Shown: positions 34,456-49,625, counted from the whole stretch's first letter. The stretch: DNA of 63,487 bases, filler included, from Octopus bimaculoides (GCF_001194135.2; 7 parts of 7 records of this genome joined end to end with filler, not necessarily neighbours in it), one strand, 5' to 3'. A program made the numbers and translations. Notes: generated by a model not told the origin, from the letters alone.

Positions 34456-35823
34456 CCATCCTATATTGGCAGAGCGAGTTCAGTCATTGAAAAACTACGG
34501 CGTAGAGTGGTGACTGCCCAGGTATTCTCATTGTTACTAAAATTAACGTATACAATGCTGTTATTATTCCACTGTTCCACTTTATAGTGATGCAAATATC
34601 CTGTCGATGTTGAAATTCTAATGAATGAGCCTTGGATCTAGGTTAGAAACCAGCTCTTTCGCTATTAGCAAGAAGTCTTGATATAAAGCTTAATAATAAC
34701 ATATATAAATACAAACATACATACATAGACACAAACACACATATTTATGTTTAATTGATTGTAAAATATTTTTAATTGAATAATAATATATGTGTATATG
34801 TCTTTATCTAACAATTTGATAATTTGGTGGGGATGAGAAGGAAATGCAGACTGTGCGGTTGGCAGTCTAAAACAGAGAAAGTGAGAAAGAGATGTAAGGT
34901 AAGGTTACGAGTTCATGTCAGTAAGGACATTTGAAACTCATTGCGAAAACTAGCGAATGTGGCTAGACTGCATGTTTTCCACTCATAAGTCTGGCTAACT
35001 TCACTGTTAGCGTAAAAAGCGTAAAAAGTGTAAATGAATTAAAAGTAGCACTACACCGTGTAAGAATTAGCAGTTAAGTAAATTAAAATTAAGAGTTTTC
35101 GTTTACTTTTCCCAGGCATACAGAATCATGCAAATTAAGTCATACAATTTTAATCTATTTGAGATTTTACAAACTATCACATAGTTAAAAGCTACTATTT
35201 TATCTGTGCTCAAAAAATGAGATATCGAACAATCTCAACGTAGAAATAAACTCTGAAAGGTTTCGGATTGATCACTTTTCCTAGTCAACCGTTTTACTCT
35301 TGCGTAACCTTTAAAATCAATTGCATGTCTCAAGGAACCCCTGCCCTCCAAAATTATATACTATATCTTTCTCATATTTTTTATATGTATGTATGTATGT
35401 ATGTATGATGATCATGAAATTAGCATTCGCTTATTTCACTCTTTCTCGCAAAACTCCTAGGAAACTTTTGCAGAACTCTAGGGTTCCGGGGAACTCCGGT
35501 TGTAAAAAGACTCTACTTTTCACAACAACTCTAAAACTCTGTGTTTATTCAAAAGGCAAGTTAACTTATATTTCGATTTATCCTAACGAACCATATTACT
35601 ACTATTTATCACTACACGTCACCAGTTATTGCGCTGTTATGCAAGTTAAGAAAGCCAATTATATTCTGAATTATTCAGTGCGCACTGTAAATAGATATAA
35701 AATTTTATTCTCCCTGTGATCAAGAAATATGAAGCTCTACATTTGGAAAGCTGATAATAAACGCTGAATTTAGTCCGTAAATCTTTTTCCTAGTCACAGA
35801 GAGAAAATGTGTATGTAGCTTAA

Positions 35824-36206
35824 CTTGGCTCTCCGTCGCTTACGACGTCGAGGGTTCCAGTTGATCCGATCAACGAAACAGCCTGCTCGTGAAATTAACG
35901 TGCAAGTGGCTGAGCACTCCACAGACATGTGTACCCTTAACGTAGTTCTCAGGGATATTCAGCGTGACACAGTGTGTGACAAGGCTGACCCTTTGAATTA
36001 CAGGCACAACAGAAACAGGAAGTAAGAGTGAGAGAAAGTTGTGGTGAAAGAGTACAGCAGGGTTCGCCACCATCCCCTGCCGGAGCCTCGTGGAGCTTTA
36101 GGTGTTTTCGCTCAATAAACACTCACAACGCCCGGTCTGGGAATCGAAACCGCGATCCAATGACCGCGAGTCCGCTGCCCTAACCACTGGGCCATTGCGC
36201 CTCCAC
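35824..36206 (-). mobile_element. Young tRNA-derived SINE with 11-bp TSD
   Basis: Head gtggaggcgcaatggcccagtggttagggcagcggac...gtttcgattcc; TSD atgtagcttaa at 35813-35823 and 36207-36217; about 95% identical to 61444-61817. Confidence 0.93.
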
Positions 36207-39200
36207 ATGTAGCTTAAATACGCTGCCTAATTCTCACAGCTGATGAAAAAGGCACACTCGTAATTTTACTTTACACTTTATTTATTTGCAACGTTTTGTA
36301 ATTGTAATATTAATATGCATATATATATATATATATAAGACGGCCAGCTGGCGGAATCGTTAGAACGCCGGGGGAAAAATGCTTAACGGTATTTCGTCTT
36401 CTACTACGTTCTGAGTTCGAATTCCGCCGAGGTCGACTTTGCCTTTCGGGGTCGATAAATTTCAAGGCTTTTGCCTATAGTAGAATGAATTAATATGCAA
36501 AGAAATAAATGTGTCCTTTTAAAGCCGAGCCATGGCCCGGTTTCAATGGCGTATGTGTTCCCCTGCTGGACGGGACGCCAGTTCATCGCAGCTTTACTCA
36601 TTTTTGCCAGCTGAGCGTCGCCCGGTCCAGGAATTGAAACCACAATCTTGCGATCATGATGCTAAACACTAAGCCATGCGCCTCCACTAATATATACAGT
36701 TGCAAAAATAATCTAATTGCTCTAGTATCTGATTTATACAGAAAAATATGTTCGTACCCACAATCGAAGCTTTAAAAATGAATTGCTGAATTAATTACCT
36801 CTATTAGTTCTGCAGTACATAGTCCTCGTTTGTCGTTTATATCGTCGTTTTGTCCAAATATTTGTTTCTAGTACTGGCACACTGACCTTGCTAATTGGTA
36901 ACAAGTAGTTACTTTTGCAATTACCGCAAGGAAAAATGTACAGATTAACACACACAGTAAGATTTGAATTAATAATGTAAAAAACTGAAAATAAGTTTGC
37001 CAATCATTTCGTTTTGTCTCTAACTGTTTTCCCAAACAATTACCCAAATAACAGAATTTGCATCAAAATATTAGCATGGTTATTAATTGAAAGTCTCATC
37101 AGTTTCAATATACATATACACAAATATTCAATCGTCAGCCAAAAACTGTCGTCGCAAATTCAGAAAGAGTACATCCCAGAAAGAGTGACATCGACTTATT
37201 AACAAAAAGAGAGAATTTTGATTCCAATGTTGCCATCGAAATGCTGTTTCTACATCTCGAGCTACTGTACAGAGACTCCTCTGTTCACCTGTCTTCATTC
37301 TTTCTTAAATGTGTAGTATACTATAGGTCTTCCGCAACCCATTTAGAATCGACATAGCTTTCTGTTCCTAATTAGAGAAAGTAACATCGATTAAGTTATA
37401 TACTTTTCATCGTTACTCAATAAGAAACCAATCCTTTGTAGATTTCCTCAAAATACTCGATCAGGTGTATTACATCAACGAATTATTTATGGGTGTATTG
37501 TGACTGTATTCTGTCTTCCCACACCAAAGAACGTTCCAATAATAGTTTCTGGAATATCATATTATCTAAGTCCTCTCAACCGAATAACAACTTGGCAATT
37601 AACATACTTGACTAACATTTCGTATATTATGGGGATTTATTGATTTATTCAATTAATTTGACACCCTTAATCGGCATATATGGATGTAATATTAAAGATT
37701 CAGAATACAGGACAGTAAAATTTGAAAGAAATTCTTCCAACTAGTGAATAACTGGTATAAGCAAGAAGAAAATTTTATTGTTCTTTGATTGAATATATTT
37801 ACAACCACTCGACGGCATGAAACACAGAAATCCTAATAAACTCCCAATGCAGAAGGGTTTTTATGACGAAACTCAATTTCCGTCCTGAGTCATAGATAGG
37901 TAATATTAAAGGCACATAACTGATAACTGGCCGTTGATATGGAAGCGTTTACATTTCCTTTACATATCATGCTTTTACTTATTTATAATATGGATGAAAT
38001 TGCTGAAAAGTAGCAATTTACAAGTAATTTAGTTACTTACTCCGTTTCCTTTTGAGTGATAAAAAATAAAACGTTGATATAGTGGGACAAAATCTAGCCT
38101 AAAATATTTACTATCGACTGCGTAATCGACTTCCGTCCGTAAACTACAAATCGCTAAATCCCTACTCCAGGTGTCTGCAGAAAAGTGCAACTGATTATAT
38201 GTTTTGGACTTTAAAATATTTGAGGGAGTGACAAGTTCAAAGGAGCTATGTTTGACATCTTAAAATAAAGAACTTAGTGATAAGCCTGACAGTGAATAAA
38301 CATTTAATCTATAACCATTAGGTCGAAAAATATATATATTGTCAAACTAATGAATATGGATTAAATGTTGATCTTAAAATATTTATTTCATGAATAATTA
38401 CGGCACTAATTTCTGTAGAATTGTGAGTAAGATAATTGAATAAACTCGATCTAATATTTGCTACTTATATTATGAAACGTGAAAAGGATATAAAGAGAGT
38501 TATGGCTGGATTCCAAGTCAGAATGGAAGAAATGAAGCTAACAGTGATAGTGATTTAGTACGATGCTTTATTGATTATCTGTTGAAGCCAATTCACTACA
38601 GTCTGATGATAATAATACGTCGTCGTAGCACTGCATTTTATATCTTGTATTCGGTAGATATTTTCCCCCAAATGATAGTATATCTTCACTCAAAACTTAA
38701 CCTTTTCTCTAGGCCCTATATTTAATGGAAAGTTGCAACTTTATATTCGTCGATTTGCAACAAAATAAAGGGATAGATCTACCGAATAACGGAACCTATT
38801 TGTAACCTCGATTTTAAAGCAACCTACCTACAGTTCTAAGGCTCTCGCCAAAGTAATTATAATTAGACACAAGTGAAATTAGGGGAAATGAAGATATTTA
38901 ACATTTGTGCACTTCTTAAGAGCAAAGCATAAAACCCCTTTGTTCTAATTACTATTTCTAATTTAGTTCCAGCTGATAGTTATAATCAAAACTGGATTAG
39001 AAATCTATGAAACAAGAGACTTATTGTCTTCGCCGGAAGACGTGGCTTGGTTGCTCGACATGCTAGGAAAAGCAGATAAATCTCTATCACAACAAATCTG
39101 TCATTATACAAAATCAGTACGCACTCAGTATGGTAATTTTAGATATATGTATTGAAGAAAACATACGACCATCAAACTTCTATCATTAATCTGTTTGTTA

Positions 39201-41237
39201 AGAGTTGACCTATGACAAAACAACGAAGTTTCCGTCATCTCCGTCCAGAAGGTGGCTTACTTTCAGTTACTATTCTTTAATGAAATATTACATGTTTATC
39301 AGACATACACAGCATATTACATATTACATATACAATGCCGAGAATTTCGTGCATGGCGCTCCTTCGAAGTCTGGGAATCTATATTAAATGAATTGAATTA
39401 CAAGTTTAATTTTCTCTGGATTGTTCGAAAGAAAATTAAAATTGGTGGGTTTCGTTCCGATAGGCCGCTTTAATGGAGTTGCTTTCTGCTACCTTATAGG
39501 ATTATTTATTTTAGACAGCCTACTATCCTGCTTCCATTTTAGAGAACGAGGATTTTACAGCGATGTCGGGCTAATATTTAACACGTAATTATTTGGAGAC
39601 TAATTAGATCGCCGTAGAAACGTTTCGACGTTTTCAGAATCTTTGACTAGAAGATTATTTTGACTACTAATACATATTAAATGTGTAGATATTACTATAA
39701 ATCTATAACTTTTACGGTCTCTAATTGAAGCTTAAGGATACATTCACAAAATCTCCAACCACCTGCATCATACTCCACAAAATTTACCCAGAAACATCTG
39801 TAAAATTGAAATGGATATCATCTAAGGAAAATATTTGTAACCGTCTTTTAAAATGCTACCCTAAGAAGAAGCTGCCTAGTTGAGAAGATAAAATATAACC
39901 ATTCTCAAGAATTCATTAATACTAGAGATACAAGAAAAAGAAAACTTATATGATATACCCTACATCCAGTGTGATAGTATGATACATCTAGTAATATGAC
40001 ATATCCAGATAGTATGATATATCCAGTGTGATAGTACTGCAAAGAAACCCCGAAGATTAGTCTGTAAACACTTCCCTAGTGACCATAAGTTCCACAAAGA
40101 ATTAATTACCTCAAAGCAGCTGCCTTAACAAGGGTTCTCTATAAGACAAATTCAACAAATTCTCATGCAGCCTGTCAAACTATTAAGAATCTCAGACATG
40201 AGCCTCTGTGTCAAAGCAAAAATAAACAGCTCCATAAACATCTCGAGAGTAACGATTGGGGGTAAACTAATGAACAAAATCGGCTGTATCTTTTTCTACA
40301 TGTGTTGTTCATTATCCAGCAGAGATGACGTTTAACCTATTCCCGCAATAGCGCGAATACGATGCGTGTCAGAGTTAAGTTCTAAATTAAAGTTGATTAC
40401 TTCATGTTACTACCATGGAAATATTTTCTAGAATTATTTACTCTACAAACTGGATGATATTCCATATGCCCTTGCTATCTCTGGAATCTGCAGCACGTCA
40501 TCATGTTTACTGCACCTATTAAAGTTTTCATTTATTTGCCTACAAGTTTGTACGCTTACACAACATAACACCCTATACATTTTTATATACTTGATATAAA
40601 CTACGTTATCTGTCAAACCTTCTGCATTTCTCTATTATGTGGTTTATATGTTGTCATTCTACATTCTTTATATGATTTATACGGCATAACTGTTCTGAGT
40701 ATGATTCATACGCATCCTTTACATTTATATGCCCACCATTTTTACACAAACTTCATTATATGCTACGTACCAGCCATCGCACTCAGTTATACATCTATTT
40801 GCATGTGCACACAAACATGAGCTTATGTCTATGCGCACAAGATTATCACTGTCAGTATACTGTTTGAGAGCATTCACGTAATCGACAAGCAAATCGCTGT
40901 ACTTTAGCGTTATGCCCTTCGGATGTAACAACTATTATTTTTACAATTATCTTTAATTTTATGTTTTTAATTTCTTTATTCATGTTTTTATTTCTTTTTT
41001 ATGTTTACAACTTCTTACATTTTTTAATGTTTCAATTATTCATACTTCATCATTTCCATTTTCAAGTTATTTTATTATATAATGAAACACAATAATAATA
41101 CCCAGTATGTTCAGATATACATACACTTAGTCTCACGTATACACACTTGCTATGCGTGTATACATTAGTGTATGCATGTATGAATGTGTGTAATTACGCG
41201 TAGGTATTTATATATAAATGCGACTGTATCTGTTTAT

Positions 41238-41331
<94 letters not shown>

Positions 41332-42674
41332 CAAACGTTTTGTTAGAAACAACCCAATAATGTAGACACTATCAATATCACGGTATTATACTTAACGTAT
41401 GTGAGTTGTTAAACGCTTGTGGCCGTGATATTTCGTCTAAGGAAGTCTCTTCAAGGGCGTATAGTATTAAAAAAGCACAGTATACTTAGGTGAAAGGAAA
41501 TCGCCCCGGAAGCGAACGAAAATGACATATATCGATATTTCGCAGTACTTTCAGCCGCACTTCCGAAGCGAATTCGAATTGCAAGCCAGAAATATATGCA
41601 GATAGCATAAAAATGTATCTGCTGATATGTAAAACGTTGCACAAGTAGAACAGAATTCAGATCTTATTGGAAACAGCGTAAAAATGTAAAGATTATCAGT
41701 ATTATATACTGAATGTATATTTACTAATAAATGCTAGTAGCTGCGGTATTTCGTCTAAGGGAAGTCCATTTACAGGCGCACTGTGATAAAAAAAAAGACA
41801 ATATACTTCTAAGATAGGCGAAACCAAATCTTAATTTTATTTTACTCGTACAGTGCTTTGCTTATGAATAGATGGATTTTACGGTATTGTATATACTTCT
41901 GGCTTTTAATTCGTTTCGCAAGTGAGGGGACTGTGTGACACAGCTGAGCAGAAAAAGCAGCGATATGTCGATACGTCATTCTCGTTCACCATGTATGTTT
42001 ATATATATATATATNNNNNNNNNNNNNNNNNNNNNNNNNNNNNNNNNNNNNNNNNNNNNNNNNNNNNNNNNNNNNNNNNNNNNNNNNNNNNNNNNNNNNN
42101 NNNNNNNNNNNNNNNNNNNNNNNNNNNNNNNNNNNNNNNNNNNNNNNNNNNNNNNNNNNNNNNNNNNNNNNNNNNNNNNNNNNNNNNNNNNNNNNNNNNN
42201 NNNNNNNNNNNNNNNNNNNNNNNNNNNNNNNNNNNNNNNNNNNNNNNNNNNNNNNNNNNNNNNNNNNNNNNNNNNNNNNNNNNNNNNNNNNNNNNNNNNN
42301 NNNNNNNNNNNNNNNNNNNNNNNNNNNNNNNNNNNNNNNNNNNNNNNNNNNNNNNNNNNNNNNNNNNNNNNNNNNNNNNNNNNNNNNNNNNNNNNNNNNN
42401 NNNNNNNNNNNNNNNNNNNNNNNNNNNNNNNNNNNNNNNNNNNNNNNNNNNNNNNNNNNNNNNNNNNNNNNNNNNNNNNNNNNNNNNNNNNNNNNNNNNN
42501 NNNNNNNNNNNNNNNNNNNNNNNNNNNNNNNNNNNNNNNNNNNNNNNNNNNNNNNNNNNNNNNNNNNNNNNNNNNNNNNNNNNNNNNNNNNNNNNNNNNN
42601 NNNNNNNNNNNNNNNNNNNNNNNNNNNNNNTATATATACATACATATATAATTATATATACACGCACACATACA

Positions 42675-42706
<32 letters not shown>

Positions 42707-43246
42707 CTGTATATGTTTATATTTATTTGTATACATGTAAATAAATTTGTGAGAATTTGTACGCTCTCCCCTCCATAATATTTGTGCTTTCCTATTTTGT
42801 TTTTCATATTCCTGTCTTTCACATTCATATAGGTCCCTGATATTTACGTAGCTACAAGCTAATCTTTACTCTTGAATACATGCGTATGCTTGTGTATGAT
42901 GTAAATGTAAGTAAATGTATAAGCGTTTTTGTGTTAGAAATACGTATCATATATCTATATACTTATTTATATGTGTGCATATGCGTGCCTGTATTAATAC
43001 ACTCGTATATTTCAGTATGTGTATATTGCTGTGCAAGCACATTTACCTATTTGCTGTTTACATAAATGCCTGTTTCAGAGTGTTTGTTGGAAAGAGCGTT
43101 TGTAATTTTGTGTCCACATTTTTCTTATATCAATACGTGCACGTATATGTGAGCGTGCGTACACGTTTAGCTCTGTATATATGTAGGTATATATATACAT
43201 ATATATATACGTATACACACATATATATATACATATAGAAATATAT

Positions 43247-43289
<43 letters not shown>

Positions 43290-43291
43290 TA

Positions 43292-43325
<34 letters not shown>

Positions 43326-44067
43326 CACATATATATATATATATACATACGAACATTTAATACATATATATATATATATATACAAACATATATATAAATA
43401 CATATATATATACATACATATATATATTTACATACATACAGACAGGGCAAAATTTATAAATGTATGTATGTATATGTGTGTATAATTTATGACCATGCAT
43501 GTATGCGTATATTTGTTTAAGTTTTTGCATATGCGTGTTTTCCTCCTTAAAATTTCATTATTTGTCTCTATTCCTTCCGTGATTTTTTTAATTGCTTTAC
43601 AGGCAAACTATTTGTAAGTATGCTCATTATCCACGAAACAATCACAAAGTTAATTAAAATTTGAAGACATCGATATATGGAGCGGGTCACAGACATAGAA
43701 GCATTGCACTTGTCAGGTGTATATATATTTTTAACACGGTGTAAGTTTACGTAGTTATGTGGGTTAACGTGGGTGAGTGTGTGTGCATATGTGTGTGTGT
43801 CTGTGTGATTATTCAGTTTTACCTCAAGATTTCTTGCCAATAGAGAAAGAGCCTGTTTCTGACATCGATGCAAGGCTCCTTCATTGGAATTTAAACAAGG
43901 TGTTTTCGTATGCATGTATATGTGTACATTCGTATGTTTTTTATATGTATATATTACCATGTATATAATGGTATGAGTATAGATGCTCATATATACTTAA
44001 ATGTATGTATGTATATATTTATATATGTATATGTATATATATATATATGTGTATGTCTCTGTGTATG

Positions 44068-44300
44068 TGTACATGATGCTTTCCAGAATGTTTAAGACAT
44101 TTTCAGGAGAGACATTTATTTATTAATTTCAAAGAAGTACAAATCTAATCTCCTTCATAGTACCATCCCCTGGTTTCAGTGCATTTGTGGTAGCGCTCTA
44201 ACCACTTCAGGAAGGCCGCATGGCAATCTTTCTGGGTGAAAGTGCCCAGGATCCTTGCCACAAAGTCTTCAAAATGTCTTACACTGCCTGTCAAAGTATC
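44068..44300 (-). mobile_element. Mariner 3'-terminal remnant
   Basis: Reverse translation FEDFVARILGTFTQKDCHAAFLKWLERYHKCTETRGWYYEGD* matches the mariner C-terminal pattern F.K..ERY.KC....G.YFEGD. Confidence 0.8.
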
Positions 44301-47300
44301 ATGTATGGGTGCCTGAATGTGTTATTACAAAATCATTTTACCACCAACAATATTATTACAGGTAAGTAAACTAACGAAAAATAGTATGAGTCTTTATGCA
44401 GCGGATACTAAGCTCCAAAATCAGAGAGGAATAAATTGTAAAGAACTGCAGGAATATGGCTGTACTCTGGCTGGGTGATCAGAAAACCTCAAACAGTGTA
44501 CTAGTGGGTGGATATCAAAACGTAACAATTATCCCAATTTTTTCTACCCACCTTTATTACTTAGACGTGGCAACCAACAAATAAAACATGATATCATACA
44601 TTTTCAAATTGTAACAATTTCTTATTACTATTTTGTACTTTCATATATGTATATATATATAGCTGCAGTGCATATATATGTGTGCTTTTGTTAGTAAAAT
44701 GCATAAGAATTATCCCCTATCATTCCCAAAAATGAATATGAATTACTTGGCACATTCAGCTTATACAGCCTGGCTAGAAATATAATTATATTGAAAAGGA
44801 TCATAATATCAGGTATAATGGATAAAACTATAATGATTAGTTCTATCGATTGAAAGTAAAAAAATATGTTCATCAGATATCTCAGCCGAAAACTAGCACA
44901 TTGCTTATAACCTTGCAGTATCAATCCGTACATCTGAATTTAGTTTTCTGGTGCTCCATACGAGCTTAGCGATATGAATGCCAGAACTTCAGAACAACTC
45001 AGCATTTCTAAAAATATTAACTTCACTGGGGGTGCAAACAGATCATATTTTCCGAGAAAGTAAAGAGGGCGAGTTTTAAATCTGGATTTATATCGTTTGA
45101 AGCTGAAATATAACTTTGAAGCAACATTTCAGATGTAAAGTAAGTCAATGAATATCGCACGCAAATTTAAGAGCACAAGAATCAAAATTTTAGGTAAAAG
45201 ACGACATAAATAGTTTTAAATCTTTCTTCAAGGATCTTCAGAAAATAATAACACTGCCCTACAATAAAAATTCAGCGAGAGGTTTGAGCCTAAGGACATT
45301 AAGCGATAAAAGAAAAATACGTGCTACATCTGACGTGGACAGCCAATAGGTTTATAACATTCTTGCCTTCAAGGTTTCCTCCATGCAATCAAGAGTAAAT
45401 AATATCCACTAAGAAATTTCCACACAAACGACTGAAAACATCAACTGACAAGAAAAGGAGGAAAAGAAAATCAAACCGAAAATATTAACCACATAAGTCT
45501 CTCATCTGAGTGACTGTCCTCTCAATATTACTGTCTTTTAGATATAATGTGACTACCAGGTCAATCAGCATTAGATTTATAGAAAGAAATAACCAATAAA
45601 AACGGACAGATTTAGTCTGATGGATAGAAACTAGACTGTTTGAACCAACGAATTAAATAATGCAACCAAATGAAGATAAAACTGACCTGATAAATTCGTA
45701 TGGCACTCCAAAATAAAACATGTTCTAATGTGAAATCCAGTTGTCTATCTTAAAACTCAGTGATAAGAGAGCTACAGTAGAAAAAAGACATTGGCATTCT
45801 ATTGAGGTGGAGCCTGAAAACCCACGACCGAAATAGACATTATACTCGTGATTATTGAAGCGACAGGGCATGTAGCAATTCACCTTCGTTAAAGTGTGGC
45901 TAAACGTGGGGAACGTAACTCGATTCATAGGATGCAGATAATTATAATATATGGGACAATGAATGTCTGACAAAAACCGCTTGAGATTCAAAGGAGAAAC
46001 AATTGCTGAAAGGAAGACGAAAAGAACAAAGTGTGTTTTAGAAAAAATCTTTTCTTCAATGATTTCACTCGGCAAGTGAACGTTCAAAATGAACGCTAAA
46101 TGTGCAATCAGGTATAGAAAATACATTCGCACATGCACATATACTTCATAGGCATGTAAATATACAATATAAATTATTTAAAGTAATATATATTTATATA
46201 TGAATGTATATTATAAATTAACGTCTTATAATAACAATTTAGTGTATGTATGTACAGATATGGTGCACCGTACTAATGTGCGAAAATGTACTTATGACAA
46301 GCGCATTGAAACGCGTACAAACAAAAAAAGCAATATTTAATAACTCAGATTGTACAGATACATTAAGACACGTACATTTACTTTTAAAACAGTATAAATA
46401 ATCTGCCGACAAGTGCAGCGAAGTAGTGCAATTTTGTCTGAGTAGGAAACATGCTAAACTTGCAATATTTTGGATTATAAAACATTGTCTACGATGTTTG
46501 ACTAAGTGCAATATATCATCAAAGCGACTGATAGACACATACATTCATACATAAATACTAAAGACACATATAAAAGCAGTATCTTTAAATATACATAAAC
46601 AAGAATTACAAATAGATGTACAAAAACTGTTTTGTTTGTAAAATCAATGCGTGAATGCTTCATACATTTAAGTATGTATCTATATATCTATATCTAGCTA
46701 TGTATGTATTCAGGTACATTTAAAACACAGCGACATCGGTTACTCTGTAAGAAAGTCGAGTGAAAATTGATGATTAATACAGAACAGTTCCATTGTCATA
46801 GCGATCATTTAAATTGAAATGTTTTTAAATTACTATCTCAGCTCGAAATTACAAGTAGGAAACAGGAATCTAAAATGATGTGGAAATAATATCGAACATT
46901 GAACTGTTTGCTATGTGTTACAGAAGCAACATAACGCAGGAATAAATTGGAAAAAGAAATGGCGCAGAAATGATAACAAGAACACTGTAGCAGAAAAAGA
47001 GGGGAGATCATGATTTGTGCAGATGGCGTCAACGTTCCTTTTCGAACAGAATTACGTTTGCACTTTCTAATTCGAAATGAGTGTCATATCAATGGAAATA
47101 ACACATTTTAATTTACTTGTTAAAAAAAAAATGAATTCCATAACTTACTTAAGAATTTCTGATACAGCTGATACTTAATTCACGAGATGAATAAAAAAAA
47201 AAGCATTTTCTTTTTCTAAACAATGGTGTTCAGTTGGATTAGCAAACTAAAATACAGCAAGCTGCTATCAAATATGTTGCTTGTTAAAGAAAATTACAAG

Positions 47301-47733
47301 AATGTAATTCAGCACAATATGTAAGGTTGTTAGTTATTCGATTATTAAATTGACATCCAACCAGGCTTACCTGATGAGAGAATGTTTTTAGAAAACAAGA
47401 GCTGACACATAAACGTAGCAGAAAGAAATGGCGTAAGTACCTGCAACAATAATACGGGAAACGATGAACCACTACTCTTCGAGACCTAAGTCTAAAAGGC
47501 TCAAAAGTCGAAATTCATCACACGCCAGTATCTTGTAGGCAGGACTTGACACGGCACCCGATTACCATTTACAGAGCATCCAATCAAGAGTCAAGAGTCA
47601 AATTATCACAAAACTCAGAAATATTGTGGAGCACAACATACAGATACTTGTCAAACTTTTGTGGCTAATACCATCTTCAATGCTCTCCTGGCTATGTCCG
47701 CAAGGAACGCATATATTTTCTCTGTGAGGATAC

Positions 47734-47955
47734 CTTTTACTCTTTTACTCTTTTACTTGTTTCAGTCATTTGATTGCGGCCATGCTGGAGCACCGCCTTT
47801 TAGTCGAATAAATCGAACCCAGGACTTATTCTTTGTAAGCCTAGTACTTATTCTATCTGTCTCTTTTGCCGAATCGCTAAGTTAAGGGGACGTAAACACA
47901 CCAGCATCGGTTGTCAAGCGATGGAGGGGTAGGGAGACAAACACAGACACACAAG

Positions 47956-48024
<69 letters not shown>

Positions 48025-48185
48025 GACGGGCTTCTTTCGGTTTCCGTCTACCAAATCCACTCACAAGGCTTTGGTCGGCCCGAGGCTATAGTAGAAGACA
48101 CTTGCCCAAGGTGCCACGCAGTGGGACTGAACCCAGAACCATGTGGTTGGTAAGCAAGCTACTTACCACAGAGCCACTCCTACGC
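47734..48185 (-). mobile_element. Complete tRNA-derived CORE-like SINE with internal (TA)n and (AAAAGAGT)n tail
   Basis: Head agtggctctgtggtaag...gggttcagtccc, core-like caccttgggcaagtgtctt, tail gtaaaagagtaaaagagtaaaag. Resembles the octopus OR/OK-type SINEs. Confidence 0.9.
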
Positions 48186-48189
48186 GTTA

Positions 48190-48568
48190 ACACGTTTCAT
48201 AGAAGGTTAAGACAAGCAATGTGTCAGTAATTACCAACCTCATTGCCCTTTGATAGATCTTTCATTAACAATGTTGCTTTTTCCTCTACGATCCACTCCA
48301 GAACTGCACCACTTTGTAGGTAATTGGTTAATTGCAAAGCAATTCTCTTGTGAATTGACCTAAACCACATGAACCAGTAGCCTTGAATTCCGTCTGGCCT
48401 TACCGTTTTCCAGTTTAGCAGCTGATACCTATGCAAGGACATCTTCTGTTGTTATGGTCCTGTTTTGGAGCTTCGGTGTGGGGGAGTTCGAACCACACGG
48501 AATGAATCCACTCAGCACCGTGGTTGCGGGAAACTTCTTGCTCCCAGATGTTATTCCAAAATTGACTA
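48190..48568 (-). mobile_element. R4/Dong-type non-LTR fragment (RT N-terminal region)
   Basis: QFWNNIWEQEVSRNHGAEWI...LLNWKTVRPDGIQGYW...SIHKRIALQL...KATLLMKDLSKGNEVGNY. Confidence 0.7.
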
Positions 48569-48595
48569 TTCTTCTTCTTCTTCTTCTTCTTCTTC

Positions 48596-48642
<47 letters not shown>

Positions 48643-48669
48643 ATTATTATTATTATTATTATTATTATT

Positions 48670-49625
48670 ATTTCTCTTCTCTGAGCGCTCGGTCTTGTTT
48701 GTTCTGGTCGACTCTGTAAGAGAGGACAGCAGCCTGTTGTCAGAGGGTTTGATTATTGATTGTCAATTATCGTGAAAGACATTCAAAATTCAAGTACCAG
48801 TCTCAAAATCCTACATGTCACCAGTAGAGCAGTTATTTTGGCTTGCTCTGCTCTGTTCTCAATTGCGATTTCTCTGACATATTTCTAAAACTCGGTTGTT
48901 AGTGCTCTGAGTGCCCCTACAATTACTGGGATGACAGACACTCACCTGTAGTCCATATCCTTGCAATTTTGCCATTTAAATGTCTGTACTTTTCAGTCTC
49001 CTCTTGTTCCTTGTTACTTATGTATGCATTGCCAGGTATTGCAATACCTATAATCGTGGTTTCCTTTTTTCCTCTATCTACCAAAACAATATCTGGTCTC
49101 GGAGCATCGATTAGTGAGTCACATTGGATTGTAAAATCCCATAATATCTTATATTCCTTATTTTCGGTGATTCCTTCTGGTTCATGTTCATACCATTTCA
49201 GTGCTCTGCCCAGGCCGTACTTTTCAGAAAGACTCCAGTGAACAAAAGTTAGTCATGTAGTGCTTTCGGGCCAGGTTGCTACATTCACTCAAATTATGTG
49301 AGATTGTTTCGTTTCTACCGCCACATATCCTACAAAGAGGCGATTCACTGCTCTTGGTGTAATTAGTCCTCAGAGCTTGTTCCTGGGCGCTGCATATCAA
49401 TGCCTCGGTGCATCCTTTCAGATCACTTTTTCTTAGACATTTCCAAGTGTTGGCCTTGTCTTTTCCTTCGATTTCTCTGAGACATTACCCTTGCAGTGAT
49501 TTCATTATCCAGTTGTTTATTCTTACTTCATCTTGTTTCTTAAGTGTTTGTGACTGCATCACATTTTCGGTAAGTATTGTACTGTTAAGTCTACCAACGG
49601 CAAGCAAGGATTTACTCTTCTGTTT
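48670..49625 (-). mobile_element. R4/Dong-type non-LTR 3' fragment with restriction-like endonuclease, (AAT)n tail
   Basis: LICAAQEQAL...KWYEHEPEGITENKEYKILWDFTIQCD...RPDIVLVD...IAIP...KEQEETEKY...IPVIVGAL...TALLVTCRILR; (ATT)n on both sides. Confidence 0.85.

Noticed and set aside
39620-39660. Minus-strand CTGAAAA-CGTC-GAAAC-GTT motif
   Set aside because: Stem II too short and no stem I pairing; probably chance.
39961-40038. Short 16-22 bp repeats (catccagtgtgatagtatga; also 26-bp units near 3523-3600) as CRISPR-like arrays
   Set aside because: Adjacent degenerate units with no spacers in a eukaryotic genome: minisatellites.
40725-40931. 68-aa Cys-containing minus-strand ORF
   Set aside because: No recognisable motif or splice context; length within chance expectation.
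43592-43900. Plus-strand 11-nt microexon (GCAAACTATTT) and 83-nt exon (LPQDFLPIEKEPVSDIDARLLHWNLNK)
   Set aside because: Second donor is weak (gtgttt), peptide unrecognised, and the two do not join into a coherent model.
45725-46138. 137-aa minus-strand ORF as a standalone gene
   Set aside because: Starts in low-complexity sequence with no family resemblance; only an internal 122-nt part has exon-like boundaries.
47420-47440. Plus-strand first exon ending ATGGC|GTAAGT with YY1-like AAATGGCG motifs
   Set aside because: Same bases are explained equally well as a minus-strand acceptor, and no downstream plus-strand coding exon was found.
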